From contig CBDCTJ010000001.1 of the NCBI GenBank assembly GCA_965222115.1, forward strand, positions 1 to 64,000: a stretch of DNA of 64,000 bases, read 5' to 3'. The notes below the pieces were generated by a model that saw only the letters and a program-made list of their open reading frames with translations, was not told the origin of the DNA and searched no databases. Of the stretch, positions 1-9,585 are shown in pieces. Origin of the DNA: Planctomycetota bacterium (lineage in GTDB: Bacteria > Planctomycetota > PLA2 > JAEUHO01). The position numbers and the translations under genes are program-made. How positions within the stretch are numbered: position 1 is the first letter of the stretch; each line of letters begins with the position of its first letter.

Positions 1-1085
1 TTCTCCGCAAAGAGCTTGGAAGCTAGGTCGTGTGCGGACTTCCAGTGACCTTTCACTGCGCGCGAGTCGCTTAGGGCACTCTTAGGCGATGTTTTTCGAA
101 AGAGTCGAAGAAGGTCTTCTACAGAATTCACGGAGCGAAGCTGCGACAGATAGGCCAGCAGCCTTAACTCTAGGACATTGGTCTCGGCATCGTCGTCAAC
201 GAGCTTGCCGTTTTTGTCTCGCGTTGCGTCAGGTGTTGTCCCTAGCGCTTCGCCATGTCTAATGAGATAGTCGAGCAGTTCGGGTAACCGCACGTTCTTG
301 ATTTCTATAGGCGCCGGCATCGTACTGAGATTGCCGCCATCCCAGATGGAGGCGAAGACGACGTAGGTCGTGCCCTCCCCACCACCTTCCTGTGGCAGCC
401 GATTCAACGAGATACCCTCCAACGGCTTGAATCCTCCGTCGGCCTCACCGTCGAGAGGAAGTTCGGGCGTGATCCAGAATTTCATATGCGGATTGGCCTT
501 GAGGTATGTGTCGGTAAACACGAACCACGCAAGCTCAATCTCGTCGTCGTCGTCTCTACTCGGACGCAAGCGTTGTCGCCCTCGACCCCTCATTCGTGTA
601 GAGCTCCTTTTTCATGAAGGCAATCGCTTCTTCGATCGTCTTTGGCAACTTGGGATCGGGTTCGCCCTCGTCAGATAATGCGGGGAATACCGTACACGTC
701 CCCTCAATCCCGAGAACGTTCCGCCCCATTCTTTGGTCAGTGTTTCCCAGTTTCGCTGAGTCCAAGCCAATACCGAATCGCAGCTCTCCGTCACATGATG
801 CTGTCGTCCCCACGGCAGATAGGCGCTCCGGTAAACGAAGTAGTGTGTTTTCCCTTGCCAGTGGCCTGCGACTCCTTCGAGGGAGTCGTCTTGCCCGAGG
901 GCTTTCCCCATGGCATCGGGGCTCGCTCGAAGCGTGGGCGACTCATGGCTGGGAGCGCTCGACTCTATCGCGACTATCTCTGTTCGCCCTTCGTGAGGAG
1001 TGCCAGATTCACGAGATTGGAACAGAACCAACCCGGTGGTCGTCACCAAGGCAAGTAGGAGCAGAAGCCAGGGCCATCGAGTCAT
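1..1085 (-). pseudogene. Exported hypothetical protein, frameshifted (at least 3 frame switches); 3' end runs off the window
   Basis: ATG at 1085 with a signal-peptide/TM N-terminus (MTRWPWLLLLLALVTTTGLVLF). Protein-like segments continue in successive frames: 813-556, then ~580-400 (DDDDEIELAWFVFTDTYLKANPHMKFWITPE), then ~395-1 (GRWWEGTTYVVFASIWDGG...), which is open to base 1. Could be sequence error rather than true decay. Confidence 0.5.
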
Positions 1086-1420
1086 TCGAAAAGGGTACTC
1101 GACCGCAATCTACTGATTGTCTTGAGAAAGACGACCTAGCAGTCGGCGCAGAACAGGTGCCGATTCGCTTCAATGCGACCACCGTGGTCGCCAGAGCTCC
1201 GAGGGCGGCTGGACCGTTTCGGCCCGATCGCCTAATTTGCTGGGTCCCGGAGCCGACGGAATCCCCTGCGGGTTTTTCTCCCTCTCCCCCCCATCGCGGG
1301 TACTGTTCGCCCCGTACAGAAGAAGTTTTCACCAGATAAAGACGGTTCCCCAATCGACCACGATTTGGTGGCGCGTAGTTCAGCATAGAACGCGGCCGCT
1401 CGATCGCAGGTGACAAGGAA

Positions 1421-1500
1421 GCCCGGTGATCGTCCGCCCAAGGTCAACACGGTGTTGACGCAGCGAATGCTCACCAGGGGCAACCACTTGGAGGACTCCC
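1421..1500 (+). promoter_or_regulatory. Structured rpsO 5' leader, candidate S15 autoregulatory RNA
   Basis: GCCCGGTGA (1421-1429) can pair with TCACCAGGGGC (1471-1481), enclosing hairpin GTCAACA-cgg-TGTTGAC (1443-1459) and GCA-gcgaa-TGC. GGAGG RBS follows. Confidence 0.4.
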
Positions 1501-1785
1501 ATGGCCGCGAAGAACGTGCCGCAAGAGACACTCGAAAAATCCGAGATCGTTGAGAAGTATCGCTTGGCCGGATCCGATACCGGATCCGCGCCGGTGCAGG
1601 TCGCGTTGCTCACGCATCGCATTCGTCACCTGACCGAGCATTTGAAGAAGTTCCCCAAGGACCACTCCACCCGCCGCGGTTTGTTGCGCATGGTCGGACG
1701 TCGTTCTTCACTCCTTCGCTACTACTCCCGCAAGGATCCCGGTGCCTATCGAGCGCTCATCAAGGACTTGGGGATCCGTAGGTAG
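1501..1785 (+). CDS. rpsO: 30S ribosomal protein S15
   Basis: [43 protein letters not shown] motif; GGAGG RBS; directly upstream of pnp. Confidence 0.98.
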   Translation: MAAKNVPQETLEKSEIVEKYRLAGSDTGSAPVQVALLTHRIRHLTEHLKKFPKDHSTRRGLLRMVGRRSSLLRYYSRKDPGAYRALIKDLGIRR

Positions 1786-1793
1786 GAGGACGA

Positions 1794-4186
1794 TTGTCCA
1801 AACATGAAGTGTCGATCGACGTAGGGAAAAAAACCCTCACGATCGAAACGGGCCGAATGGCGCGACTCGCCGCAGGCTCGGTTGTTGTTCGACTTGGCGA
1901 AACGATGGTGCTCACGGGCGCCTCCACATCCAAACCCCGCGCGGGCTTGGATTTCTTTCCGCTCACGGTCGATTACCGCGAGAAAACCTATTCCGCCGGA
2001 AAGATCCCGGGCGGATTCTTGAAGCGCGAAGCCGCGCCGCGACCCCGTGAGATTCTCACGATGCGCATGGCCGACCGTCCCCATTCGCCCGCTGTGGCCC
2101 AAGGGCTTTCGCGACGACGTCCAGATTCAGTCGTTTGTGATCTCGTTTGATCAAGAAAACGATCCGGATGTGCTCTCCATCAATGGCGCGGGTGCCGCAC
2201 TTGCGATTGCCCCCATGCCCTTCCTCGGACCCATTGGTGCTGTACGTGTTGGCCGTGTTAACGGCGAATTCGTGGCATTTCCCACCGCGTCCGAAATGAT
2301 CGAGTCCGACATCGACATGGTCGTGGCGGGCACGGCCGACGCCCGTAACGATGGTGGAAGCGGGCATGAACGAAGTGTCCGAAGAAGATGCCATCGACGC
2401 CATTGGCTGTGCCCACGACTGGATCAAGGACATCTGCAAGGGTGTCGAGAAGCTGCGCAAACTGACAGGCTGGAAGCCCGTTACGTACGAATCCCCGGAA
2501 GAGGACCTTGCTCCGCTTGATGCGGTCCGCGAGAAGTTTGGAGCCGCATATCGCGCGGCCATTGGCGAGCAGGAAAAACTGGATCGCAATCTCGCCAAGA
2601 AAGCCGTCAAGGATAAAGTCATTGAAGAGTTGGCCGTCGAAGAAGGCGAAGAGGGCTTTACGGCCGGCGAGCTTAAAGATGCGCTTTACAAGTTAGAGAA
2701 AGAGATCATTCGCGAGTCCGCACTCAGCGGTACACGCATAGATGGCCGCGCGCTCGATGAGATTCGCGACATTACGATTGATGTGGGGTTGCTTCCGCGT
2801 GCCCACGGTTCAGCGCTGTTCACGCGCGGCGAGACGCAGGCACTGGTCACGAGCACACTCGGCACGGGCCTGGACGAGAAGCTCGTGGACGGACTTCATC
2901 CTTCGTACAACAAGAAGTACTACCTCCACTACAACTTCCCCCCCATGTGTGTGGGCGAGACGCGACCCATTCGCGGACCGTCTCGACGAGAGATTGGCCA
3001 CGGCGCATTGGCCGAACGCAGCATGTTGCCCGTGCTACCCAGTATGGAGAACTTCCCCTACACCTTGCGTGTTGTGTCGGACGTGTTGATGAGCAACGGT
3101 TCATCGTCCATGGCTTCCATTTGCGGCGCCACGCTCTCCATGATGGATGCTGGCGTTCAGATTCGCCGACCCGTAGCAGGTATCGCCATGGGTATGGTCG
3201 AGAGCGACAAGAAAACGGTGGTGCTCTCCGACATTCTCGGCGACGAGGACCACGCTGGCGACATGGACTTCAAGGTCGCGGGCACGCAGAAGGGCATTAC
3301 GGCCCTTCAAATGGACATCAAGAGCACCGGCGTTACCCGCAAGGTGCTCACCGATGCCCTCGATCAGGCCCGCGAGGGTCGTATGCACATTCTGAAAGAG
3401 ATGCTGAAGGCCATTCAGCGCCCGCGTTCGGAATACAACGAACATGCACCGCGCATTGAGGTCGTGGAGATCAAGCCCGACAAGATCGGCATGCTGATTG
3501 GACCCGGCGGAAAGAACATTCGCCGCATTCAAGAGGAAACCGGTTGCACCGTGCAGGTCGATGACGGCGGCATCGTCAAGATCTTTGGTACCGACAAGGA
3601 GGCGGCGCTTGCAGCGCGTAAACAAGTTGAAGCGGTAGCGGAAGAAGCCACGCTCGACAAGATTTATGACGGCAAAGTCACGTCCATCAAGGACTTCGGC
3701 GCCTTCCTCGAGATCATTCCGGGCCTTGAGGGACTTTGCCATGTGAGCGAACTCTCCGACGGCTTTGTCAGCAACGTCGAAGATGTCGTAAAGATCGGCG
3801 AGATCACACCGGTCAAGGTGATTGCGATCGACCCCTCGGGTCGCGTCAAGCTCAGTCGCCGTGCGGCGTATCAAGATCTCGGGAAAGAAGATCCTGCAGC
3901 CGCGAAACTCGGCGAACGCCCCCCTCGTCGCGACGACGACGATCGTGGTGGTCGCCCTCCTCGACGTGACGGAGGACGAGGTCGTGATGGCGGTGGTCGA
4001 CGTGACGGTGGTTATGGCGGCGGACGTCCGCCTCGTCGTGACGGTGGCGGTCGCCCACCTCGCCGCGATGGAGGTCGTCCTCCTCGCCGGGATGGTGGCG
4101 GTGGCCCGCCTCGACGTGATGGTGGTGGGCGTCCTCCACGTCGCGATAGTGGTGGTCGCCCGCCACGTCGTGATGGTGGTCGGTAA
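1794..4186 (+). CDS. pnp: Polyribonucleotide nucleotidyltransferase (PNPase), split by two +1 homopolymer frameshifts
   Basis: ORFs 1794-2150, 2047-2520 and 2351-4186 carry consecutive PNPase motifs ([56 protein letters not shown] and S1 domains). Removing one C from CCCC 2079-2082 and one from CCC 2342-2344 restores a single frame. Confidence 0.95.
3919..4183 (+). repeat. Coding tandem repeat (GGRPPRRD)n forming the PNPase C-terminal tail
   Basis: About 8 imperfect RPPRRD(G/D/S)GG units after the S1 domain. Confidence 0.9.
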
Positions 4187-4214
4187 CCGCGGCACCGCGT
4201 ATGCATCAACGAAC

Positions 4215-4247
4215 AGGCGTGTCGGTATTTACCGGCGCGCCTTTTTT
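4215..4247 (+). terminator. Rho-independent terminator of rpsO-pnp
   Basis: AGGCGTGTCGGT-attt-ACCGGCGCGCCT stem followed by a T-run; overlaps the stop codon of the convergent secretin gene. Confidence 0.8.
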
Positions 4248-5629
4248 CGTCGGATGATCGGCGGCGGAAGCGCTCTCGGTTTCGGCGTGTACCGATGGAC
4301 GGAGCGCGGCGTCCCCGGCTGACGCACCGCCAAGTCCGTGGGCAATGTCTCCACCGACTCAACGCCGTGCATCGGCAGTTTTCGTGGCGCGGCTTGCAGA
4401 ACAACGACGTTCGGTTTCTCGTCGACGTCGGATCGTGTAAACGGAGTCGCACGCGAGAGATGATCACGCGCAGGCGTCATCATGCGCACGCGTAGCGCAA
4501 AGCACAGCTCGGCGACTTCCGCACCCTGGGCTCGCGCCGACAACAGCGCGTCCACCGGCGAAACAGCGCCAAGACCAGGTAGTCCGCGACGGTTTCGACT
4601 TCGCCCGCGCACGCGCACGCCGCCAAAGATGACGGTCAATCCATCACGAACGGTCAATCGCGTACGAACTTGTCGCGAGCGAAGCTCTAACGTGCCAACG
4701 GCAGCATTGGCGTCTTCTGATTCCTGGGGCAGCCGCATCCAGAGATCGAGTTCGATGGTGGCGCTATCGGAGCCAATGCGTACCGGCACGATGCGCACCT
4801 TAAGACCGAGCTCTTCATGCGACGTGAACACCGCCTCGTTAGGCGATGGCGCTCGAAACAGGAGTTGCGGAATCCGTCGAATTGAATCAAGCGTTGCAGG
4901 CACGCCCTCGGTGCAAATGAGTGAGGGCCACGCCACAAAGCGTGCATCACCCTCTTTCTGCAAGGCGCGCAGGGCATACTCAAACGCGCTGCCCTCCACA
5001 TGGCCCTCTGCGAAACCAAGCGTGGTTCCTTCGAACGGACGAGCGCCCGTAATCGTGGAGCGCAGATAGTCATCCGGATCGAACGTCATGCCAACGCCGC
5101 GAAATAGTCCATGCGGCCGAGACACCGGGTCTCGATCGAAGAAGAGGGAGCCCCCGCTTTGTCCTCGCTTGTCGTGCCACACTTCGCAGATCATGAGCGA
5201 GACTGAAACCTGCCGCGGGGGAATGTCGAGCGTGCGCAACGCGTCAAACGCCGCATACGCCGAGGCCTTTCGCGCGGCAGAGATAAGAACGCGATGGAAG
5301 CCTTCACGCCCTTTGCGCCCAACGGCAATCGAAGGATTCACGACAACACGTGGCGTTGTGAGCTTGACCTCCACATCGGGAATCGCAAAGCGCTTCAACG
5401 CCTCAGCGAGATCGGCCGCGGGACGAAATTCGGGCTGAAACACCATTTGCACCCGATCATCTTCGAGAGTGATCGGTATCTCGTGTCGCATGCGTGCCGA
5501 GGGCACAATGCGTTCATCGGCGAGCGGTAACAGGGCCACATGCTGATCTTCGACCGCCGCCGCTACGCCAGTCGGCGACCCAAGCCAACACACGAGGAAC
5601 ATAAGCGCGTAGGTGCCAATCCGCGTCAT
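4229..5629 (-). CDS. Secretin-family (GspD/PilQ-like) outer-membrane protein, short and divergent
   Basis: Signal peptide; LDIPPRQVSVSLMICEV, ALRALQKEGDARFVAWPSL, GLKVRIVP, TRLTVRDGLTVIFGG and GLPGLG resemble the secretin C-domain pattern. Confidence 0.75.
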   Translation of the reverse strand: MTRIGTYALMFLVCWLGSPTGVAAAVEDQHVALLPLADERIVPSARMRHEIPITLEDDRVQMVFQPEFRPAADLAEALKRFAIPDVEVKLTTPRVVVNPSIAVGRKGREGFHRVLISAARKASAYAAFDALRTLDIPPRQVSVSLMICEVWHDKRGQSGGSLFFDRDPVSRPHGLFRGVGMTFDPDDYLRSTITGARPFEGTTLGFAEGHVEGSAFEYALRALQKEGDARFVAWPSLICTEGVPATLDSIRRIPQLLFRAPSPNEAVFTSHEELGLKVRIVPVRIGSDSATIELDLWMRLPQESEDANAAVGTLELRSRQVRTRLTVRDGLTVIFGGVRVRGRSRNRRGLPGLGAVSPVDALLSARAQGAEVAELCFALRVRMMTPARDHLSRATPFTRSDVDEKPNVVVLQAAPRKLPMHGVESVETLPTDLAVRQPGTPRSVHRYTPKPRALPPPIIRRKKARR

Positions 5630-5646
5630 AGACAGGAGCGCCTAAG

Positions 5647-6063
5647 TCACTTGATGTGGCTGATCGTCTGCTGCGTGTAGTCGGGGATGTCGGGTGCTTT
5701 TTTGCGCACCTTTGTCACTGTGCCGGTCTCGGCCACGAGATCACGTTTCTGGGCCTTGGCCATTTTCTTCACGGCATCGCCAAAGCGGGCGGAGGCCTTC
5801 TTCATGAGGAAGTGATAGTCCACGTCCTTCTCGGTGAGGCCGCGGCGGAGGATTTCCTGATACTCGGGAATGTGACGATAGACCCGGTCGGCCGAGATGG
5901 TGCAGGGACGGCGGAAGAGGCAGCACTTGCCAAAGTAGACCTTGCTGGGATCACTGCAGCGGTAATCGCCCATGCCGGTGGAGACGGCCTGCGCGAGACC
6001 GGCGCACAAAACGAACGTAAGCACGAACGAGCTCATCACGCCTAAGCAACGCATTTTGGTCAT
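5647..6063 (-). CDS. Small exported protein with weak Skp/OmpH-like pattern
   Basis: Signal peptide ending AQA; ADRVYRHIPEY...AVKKMAKAQKRDLV...DYTQQTI resembles the Skp body without long coiled coils; ends 17 bp upstream of the secretin start. Confidence 0.6.
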   Translation of the reverse strand: MTKMRCLGVMSSFVLTFVLCAGLAQAVSTGMGDYRCSDPSKVYFGKCCLFRRPCTISADRVYRHIPEYQEILRRGLTEKDVDYHFLMKKASARFGDAVKKMAKAQKRDLVAETGTVTKVRKKAPDIPDYTQQTISHIK

Positions 6064-6527
6064 CCTGCGTTTGCCCGAAATCTCGTATTTGTCCGAAAAC
6101 GCGTATCCGTGCAACAACTCTCGTCTCCCTGGTTCCTACCGATTCCGCAATCGCGCCCCTCTGCGAGCGATGCGGATTCGCTCCCGACCAAAACCGCGCC
6201 AACGGAGTGTTGGACGGCGGCCCTATGGGGACACTTCCCTCGAACGTCGTGCCGATTCGACGCAGATCTTTCCTACTACTGATAGCTCGGTGCGAAGACG
6301 GTCGTTCTTCGTCAAAACTTGTGTATCGCGCTTCAAAATCACGCGTAACCGACCGCTTTTCGTAAAGATCATTCTCCTGGGCCGCATTACGAACTGGCGT
6401 AGTGCCAACAAGCACAAACGAAATGCGCCACATTCCGACACACGCCAAGCATGACTGAACGCATTGGCGCGAATGTTGTGGATCCACCCGCTTCTTAGGA
6501 GCCAGGCGAGTTTGACTGTTCGTAACG

Positions 6528-6560
6528 AAAAAGAGGATGCCGAGCGAACTCGGCATCCTC
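6528..6560 (-). terminator. Rho-independent terminator
   Basis: Minus strand GAGGATGCCGAG-TTCG-CTCGGCATCCTC-TTTTT. Confidence 0.9.
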
Positions 6561-6733
6561 ATTGTGAGAAGCAATCTGCTGTAAGCCTGAACGCTAGGCC
6601 CGTCCGACCCGTTCCCGTTCTGACCTCGCGCCGGCAATACAAACCCCGTCAGCCTGTGCCAGCCAAGACGGAGCCGAAACAAATCTCCTCGCGATCGAGA
6701 CCCGCCAGACCACCCGGCGATCATGTCTCGACA
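6528..6733 (-). ncRNA. Candidate ~200-nt structured non-coding RNA (or attenuated leader)
   Basis: Bounded by a TTGACA-N16-TATTCT promoter and a perfect 12-bp UUCG terminator; several internal stems; no well-supported short ORF seen inside it. Confidence 0.55.
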
Positions 6734-6738
6734 GTCAG

Positions 6739-6795
6739 AGAATACTGCAACTAACAAGTTTGTCAAGTATTGATTCCGAAAACTAACCAGTTTGT
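6739..6795 (-). promoter_or_regulatory. Leftward sigma70-type promoter with two operator-like repeats
   Basis: -35 TTGACA (6766-6761), 16-nt spacer, -10 TATTCT (6744-6739). AACTAACAAGTTTGT (6749-6763) and AACTAACCAGTTTGT (6781-6795) each contain the palindrome AACT-N4-AGTT and are 32 bp apart. Confidence 0.7.
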
Positions 6796-6838
6796 GAAAA
6801 GGCCATTCCGACCGGGGGAAAGGGCCTAGGATGCGGGC

Positions 6839-7795
6839 GTGAGCAAGAAGAGCTTCGCCAAGGTCCTGCGCGAAATCCGGCTACGGGTAGGCATCTCGCA
6901 GACCGAGCTAGGCGATCGCGTGGGCCTCACCGGCTCCTACATCAGCCAGCTCGAAAGCGGTCTGCGTCGCCCCCTTATTGGACGCCGCATAGAAGCGCTG
7001 TGTCAAGCACTGGGCGTCCCGCCCGACGAACTTCAAGAGGCCGCCGAACTCGAACGCAGCAGCCCCATTGTGCGTCGAAAGATCGAGGCCATGCAACGCG
7101 AGCGGCAGAAGGTCACGCGTGCGCGCAATCGATTCATTGCACAGATTCTCTTTCATCTCGCACACATCGACGAAGACGAAGCCCTTGACCTGTCCCCCAT
7201 TCCCACCGCGCAGCATGGCCTAGTTGAGAAACTCATCCGCCGCGCAAGCGATATGGACAGCATGAAACAGATCGAGCGGGAACTGAACTTGCTCTTCGAA
7301 GGCGTGGCGGCCAAAGACAGCGACCGCTTGATGCACACGCTCCCGATTGTCTTTCAACGATTGCGATCATCCACATCCGATTCGCTCCCACCCACCACCG
7401 TACTCGCAATGAACGACGGTGTGCGTGTCTTTCCTATCCGCGAGAACTTCACCGACGACGTAGCTGATCAGAACGTGCCTTCCGTGTTTGGACCCGCCGA
7501 ATCCGCCCCGACCACACTCAGCGAGAACGCGTTCTGGTTCCGTATTGCAAACGACGAGTCGTATCCACGCTACTTCAAGAATGACCTGGTCTTGCTGGAC
7601 CCCAACCATCCGGCCGAAGATGGTGATTGGTGCGTCCTTCGGCGCAACGATGCGTTTCACGTCCGCTTGTTGCGAAAACATGGAACGGATGTATCTGCAG
7701 AGTCGATTCGCCCAGACTTGGCACCCATAAGGCTCGCGGACTTTCGCAAGGAAGATGCGTTGGCGATTTTGGCGTTGGTGCGTTTGGATCCATGA
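6839..7795 (+). CDS. XRE-family HTH repressor with C-terminal degenerate S24 (LexA/CI-like) domain
   Basis: LREIRLRVGISQTELGDRVGLTGSYISQLESG HTH; FWFRIANDESYP...NDLVLLDP...DGDWCVLR...VRLL S24-like domain. Confidence 0.85.
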   Translation: MSKKSFAKVLREIRLRVGISQTELGDRVGLTGSYISQLESGLRRPLIGRRIEALCQALGVPPDELQEAAELERSSPIVRRKIEAMQRERQKVTRARNRFIAQILFHLAHIDEDEALDLSPIPTAQHGLVEKLIRRASDMDSMKQIERELNLLFEGVAAKDSDRLMHTLPIVFQRLRSSTSDSLPPTTVLAMNDGVRVFPIRENFTDDVADQNVPSVFGPAESAPTTLSENAFWFRIANDESYPRYFKNDLVLLDPNHPAEDGDWCVLRRNDAFHVRLLRKHGTDVSAESIRPDLAPIRLADFRKEDALAILALVRLDP

Positions 7796-7991
7796 GCCAG
7801 CGCCGCCGTGTCATCTCACTCTTCCCGTAGCTGAATCTTAATCTGAGTCCTTTTCCTGAACTTTTCCTTCTTCTTGAACTGTATCTAGTGAGTCGTATGG
7901 CCAAAGGGGAAACAGCACTCTCCCGGTGTTGAAGGGTCAAGGTCCGGCGAATGATTCAGATTCAGCTTCGGTTGAATTTTCTGAAGGAGGG

Positions 7992-9395
7992 CTACTTGCC
8001 TCCCAACCAACGTAGCCACGCCTTCGCCTGCGCGCGTCCTTCGCGGTCACTTGGGAGAGCCAGCTCCATAAACCTCCGCAAATGCACCTTGGCCCGCCGC
8101 GCGTCACGGAGCCGCGGCGGTGTCTCTGGATCGGCCAAGAGGGTGCCCAGGGCAAGATGTGCCTCGCGCATACTGGGATCCAGTTGCAGTGCTCGCTCGT
8201 AACCGCGACGCTCGGCCATGGGATCGCCGCCGCGCTCACGGGCCAACAACGCCAAATTGTAAACCGTGTCGGCGTCGGATGGTGCTAAGGCAGATGCGCG
8301 CGCAAAGGACTGTCGCGCGTCCTCGACATATCCCTTGGCGGCATAGATCACTCCCAAGTTGTAGTGGGCGCGGTGAAAGTTGGGATCCTGGCGCAGAAGA
8401 CTCTGAAACACATGGGCGGCTTTGTGGTGGTCGCCGCGATGCACATGCACGATGCCAACATTGTTCTGTGCCACACGCAGCCTTGGATCAATCTCCATGG
8501 CCCGTGAAAGATGCATGAGTGCTTCGCGATCCATGCCGAGCTGATCTTCCACAACGGCGAGATTGTTGAGCAGCGGGGCGTTGTTGGGATCTAGCTTGAC
8601 GGCTTGTTGATAGAGCGGCAACGCCTCGCGAAAACGCTCCTGTTCCGCAAGCCGCGACGCACGAAGCGCCACTAACTGTGCGCGCACTGCGCTTGATCCT
8701 CCCGTGCGTTCAATGAGCGCCATCAACTGCTGCTCGTTCGCTTCACCACCGTTGCCAACGCGGGCAAGGACCAAGTTCAGCGCAGGTGCCGCAAACTGGG
8801 GCTGAATCGCAAGCGCGCGTTCAAAGGCAACACTGGCCTCGCCCACACGACCTTGACGAAGGAGCACGGCACCGAGGTTGTTGTGGGCCTCGGGATGATC
8901 GGGATTGCTCGTAGCCGCTAAACGATAGGCCGTTTCGGCTTCGTACAAGTGACCGAGGCGTTCCAACACAACGCCGCGGTTGTTACGCGCGTCGGCATAG
9001 TTCGGACTGAGTTGCAGCGCCACGTCGAAGCTCTGGCGAGCAAGTTGCAATTCGCCGCGGCGCAACTGTGCGGCGCCTAAGTTGTTGCGGGCAACAGGAT
9101 CACCGGGCGCCAACTGCACCGCGCGTGAATAGGCGCTTGCGGCCTGTTCAAGTTTTCCGGATCGGGAGTACACGTACCCGCGCACCTTCCAGGCAAGTGC
9201 GTTGGATGGATAGAGGGCTACCGCAGCGTTCGCGGCACGATCGGCCTCGGCCAAATCGCCACGCTCCACCGCGGTAAAGGCCCGAATCATTTCCTCCGGC
9301 ATGGCCCCGGCCGACTCAGCGCGCTCTACAAGCGGCGCCGACAACACTGCCAAGGTCACGAGGAACTGCAGGAATCGTGTTGCGCCGACTGCCAT
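7992..9395 (-). CDS. Exported tetratricopeptide repeat protein
   Basis: Signal peptide; many TPR units (ARNNLGA, AHNNLGAV, AHYNLGVIY). Confidence 0.9.
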   Translation of the reverse strand: MAVGATRFLQFLVTLAVLSAPLVERAESAGAMPEEMIRAFTAVERGDLAEADRAANAAVALYPSNALAWKVRGYVYSRSGKLEQAASAYSRAVQLAPGDPVARNNLGAAQLRRGELQLARQSFDVALQLSPNYADARNNRGVVLERLGHLYEAETAYRLAATSNPDHPEAHNNLGAVLLRQGRVGEASVAFERALAIQPQFAAPALNLVLARVGNGGEANEQQLMALIERTGGSSAVRAQLVALRASRLAEQERFREALPLYQQAVKLDPNNAPLLNNLAVVEDQLGMDREALMHLSRAMEIDPRLRVAQNNVGIVHVHRGDHHKAAHVFQSLLRQDPNFHRAHYNLGVIYAAKGYVEDARQSFARASALAPSDADTVYNLALLARERGGDPMAERRGYERALQLDPSMREAHLALGTLLADPETPPRLRDARRAKVHLRRFMELALPSDREGRAQAKAWLRWLGGK

Positions 9396-9585
9396 AAATT
9401 GCTCTCGCCGATCGAGTTCTCAAAACTGCCTAGGAACGCTCCACTCGCGTGCCTTAGCGCGAGGGTGTCCTGGCCGGTGTTCGACCTATAGATTGCCGCG
9501 AGATTCGGTAGATCGTAGGACTTTGTTGTTCTACGCGTCGAAGTCGGCACATCGACGGCGCTGTGCTTCATCGGAACGCGTGAAG

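Noticed and set aside
2047-2350. Programmed frameshifting in pnp
   Set aside because: Both shifts are single extra Cs in short homopolymers with no slippery heptamer, and the adjacent gene is similarly broken.
3919-4183. Regular repeats as a CRISPR array
   Set aside because: In-frame coding repeats with synonymous variation, no unique spacers and no cas genes.
6570-6592. TCAGG...AGCAG suggesting SRP RNA
   Set aside because: Only 5 nt separate the two motifs and the GNRA-capped helix of SRP domain IV is missing.
5951-6766. 271-aa minus-strand ORF spanning the intergenic region
   Set aside because: Starts inside the -35 box, runs through a perfect terminator, overlaps the next gene out of frame and has no protein-like motifs.
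6839-7795. Prophage immunity region
   Set aside because: No cro, integrase or structural phage genes nearby.
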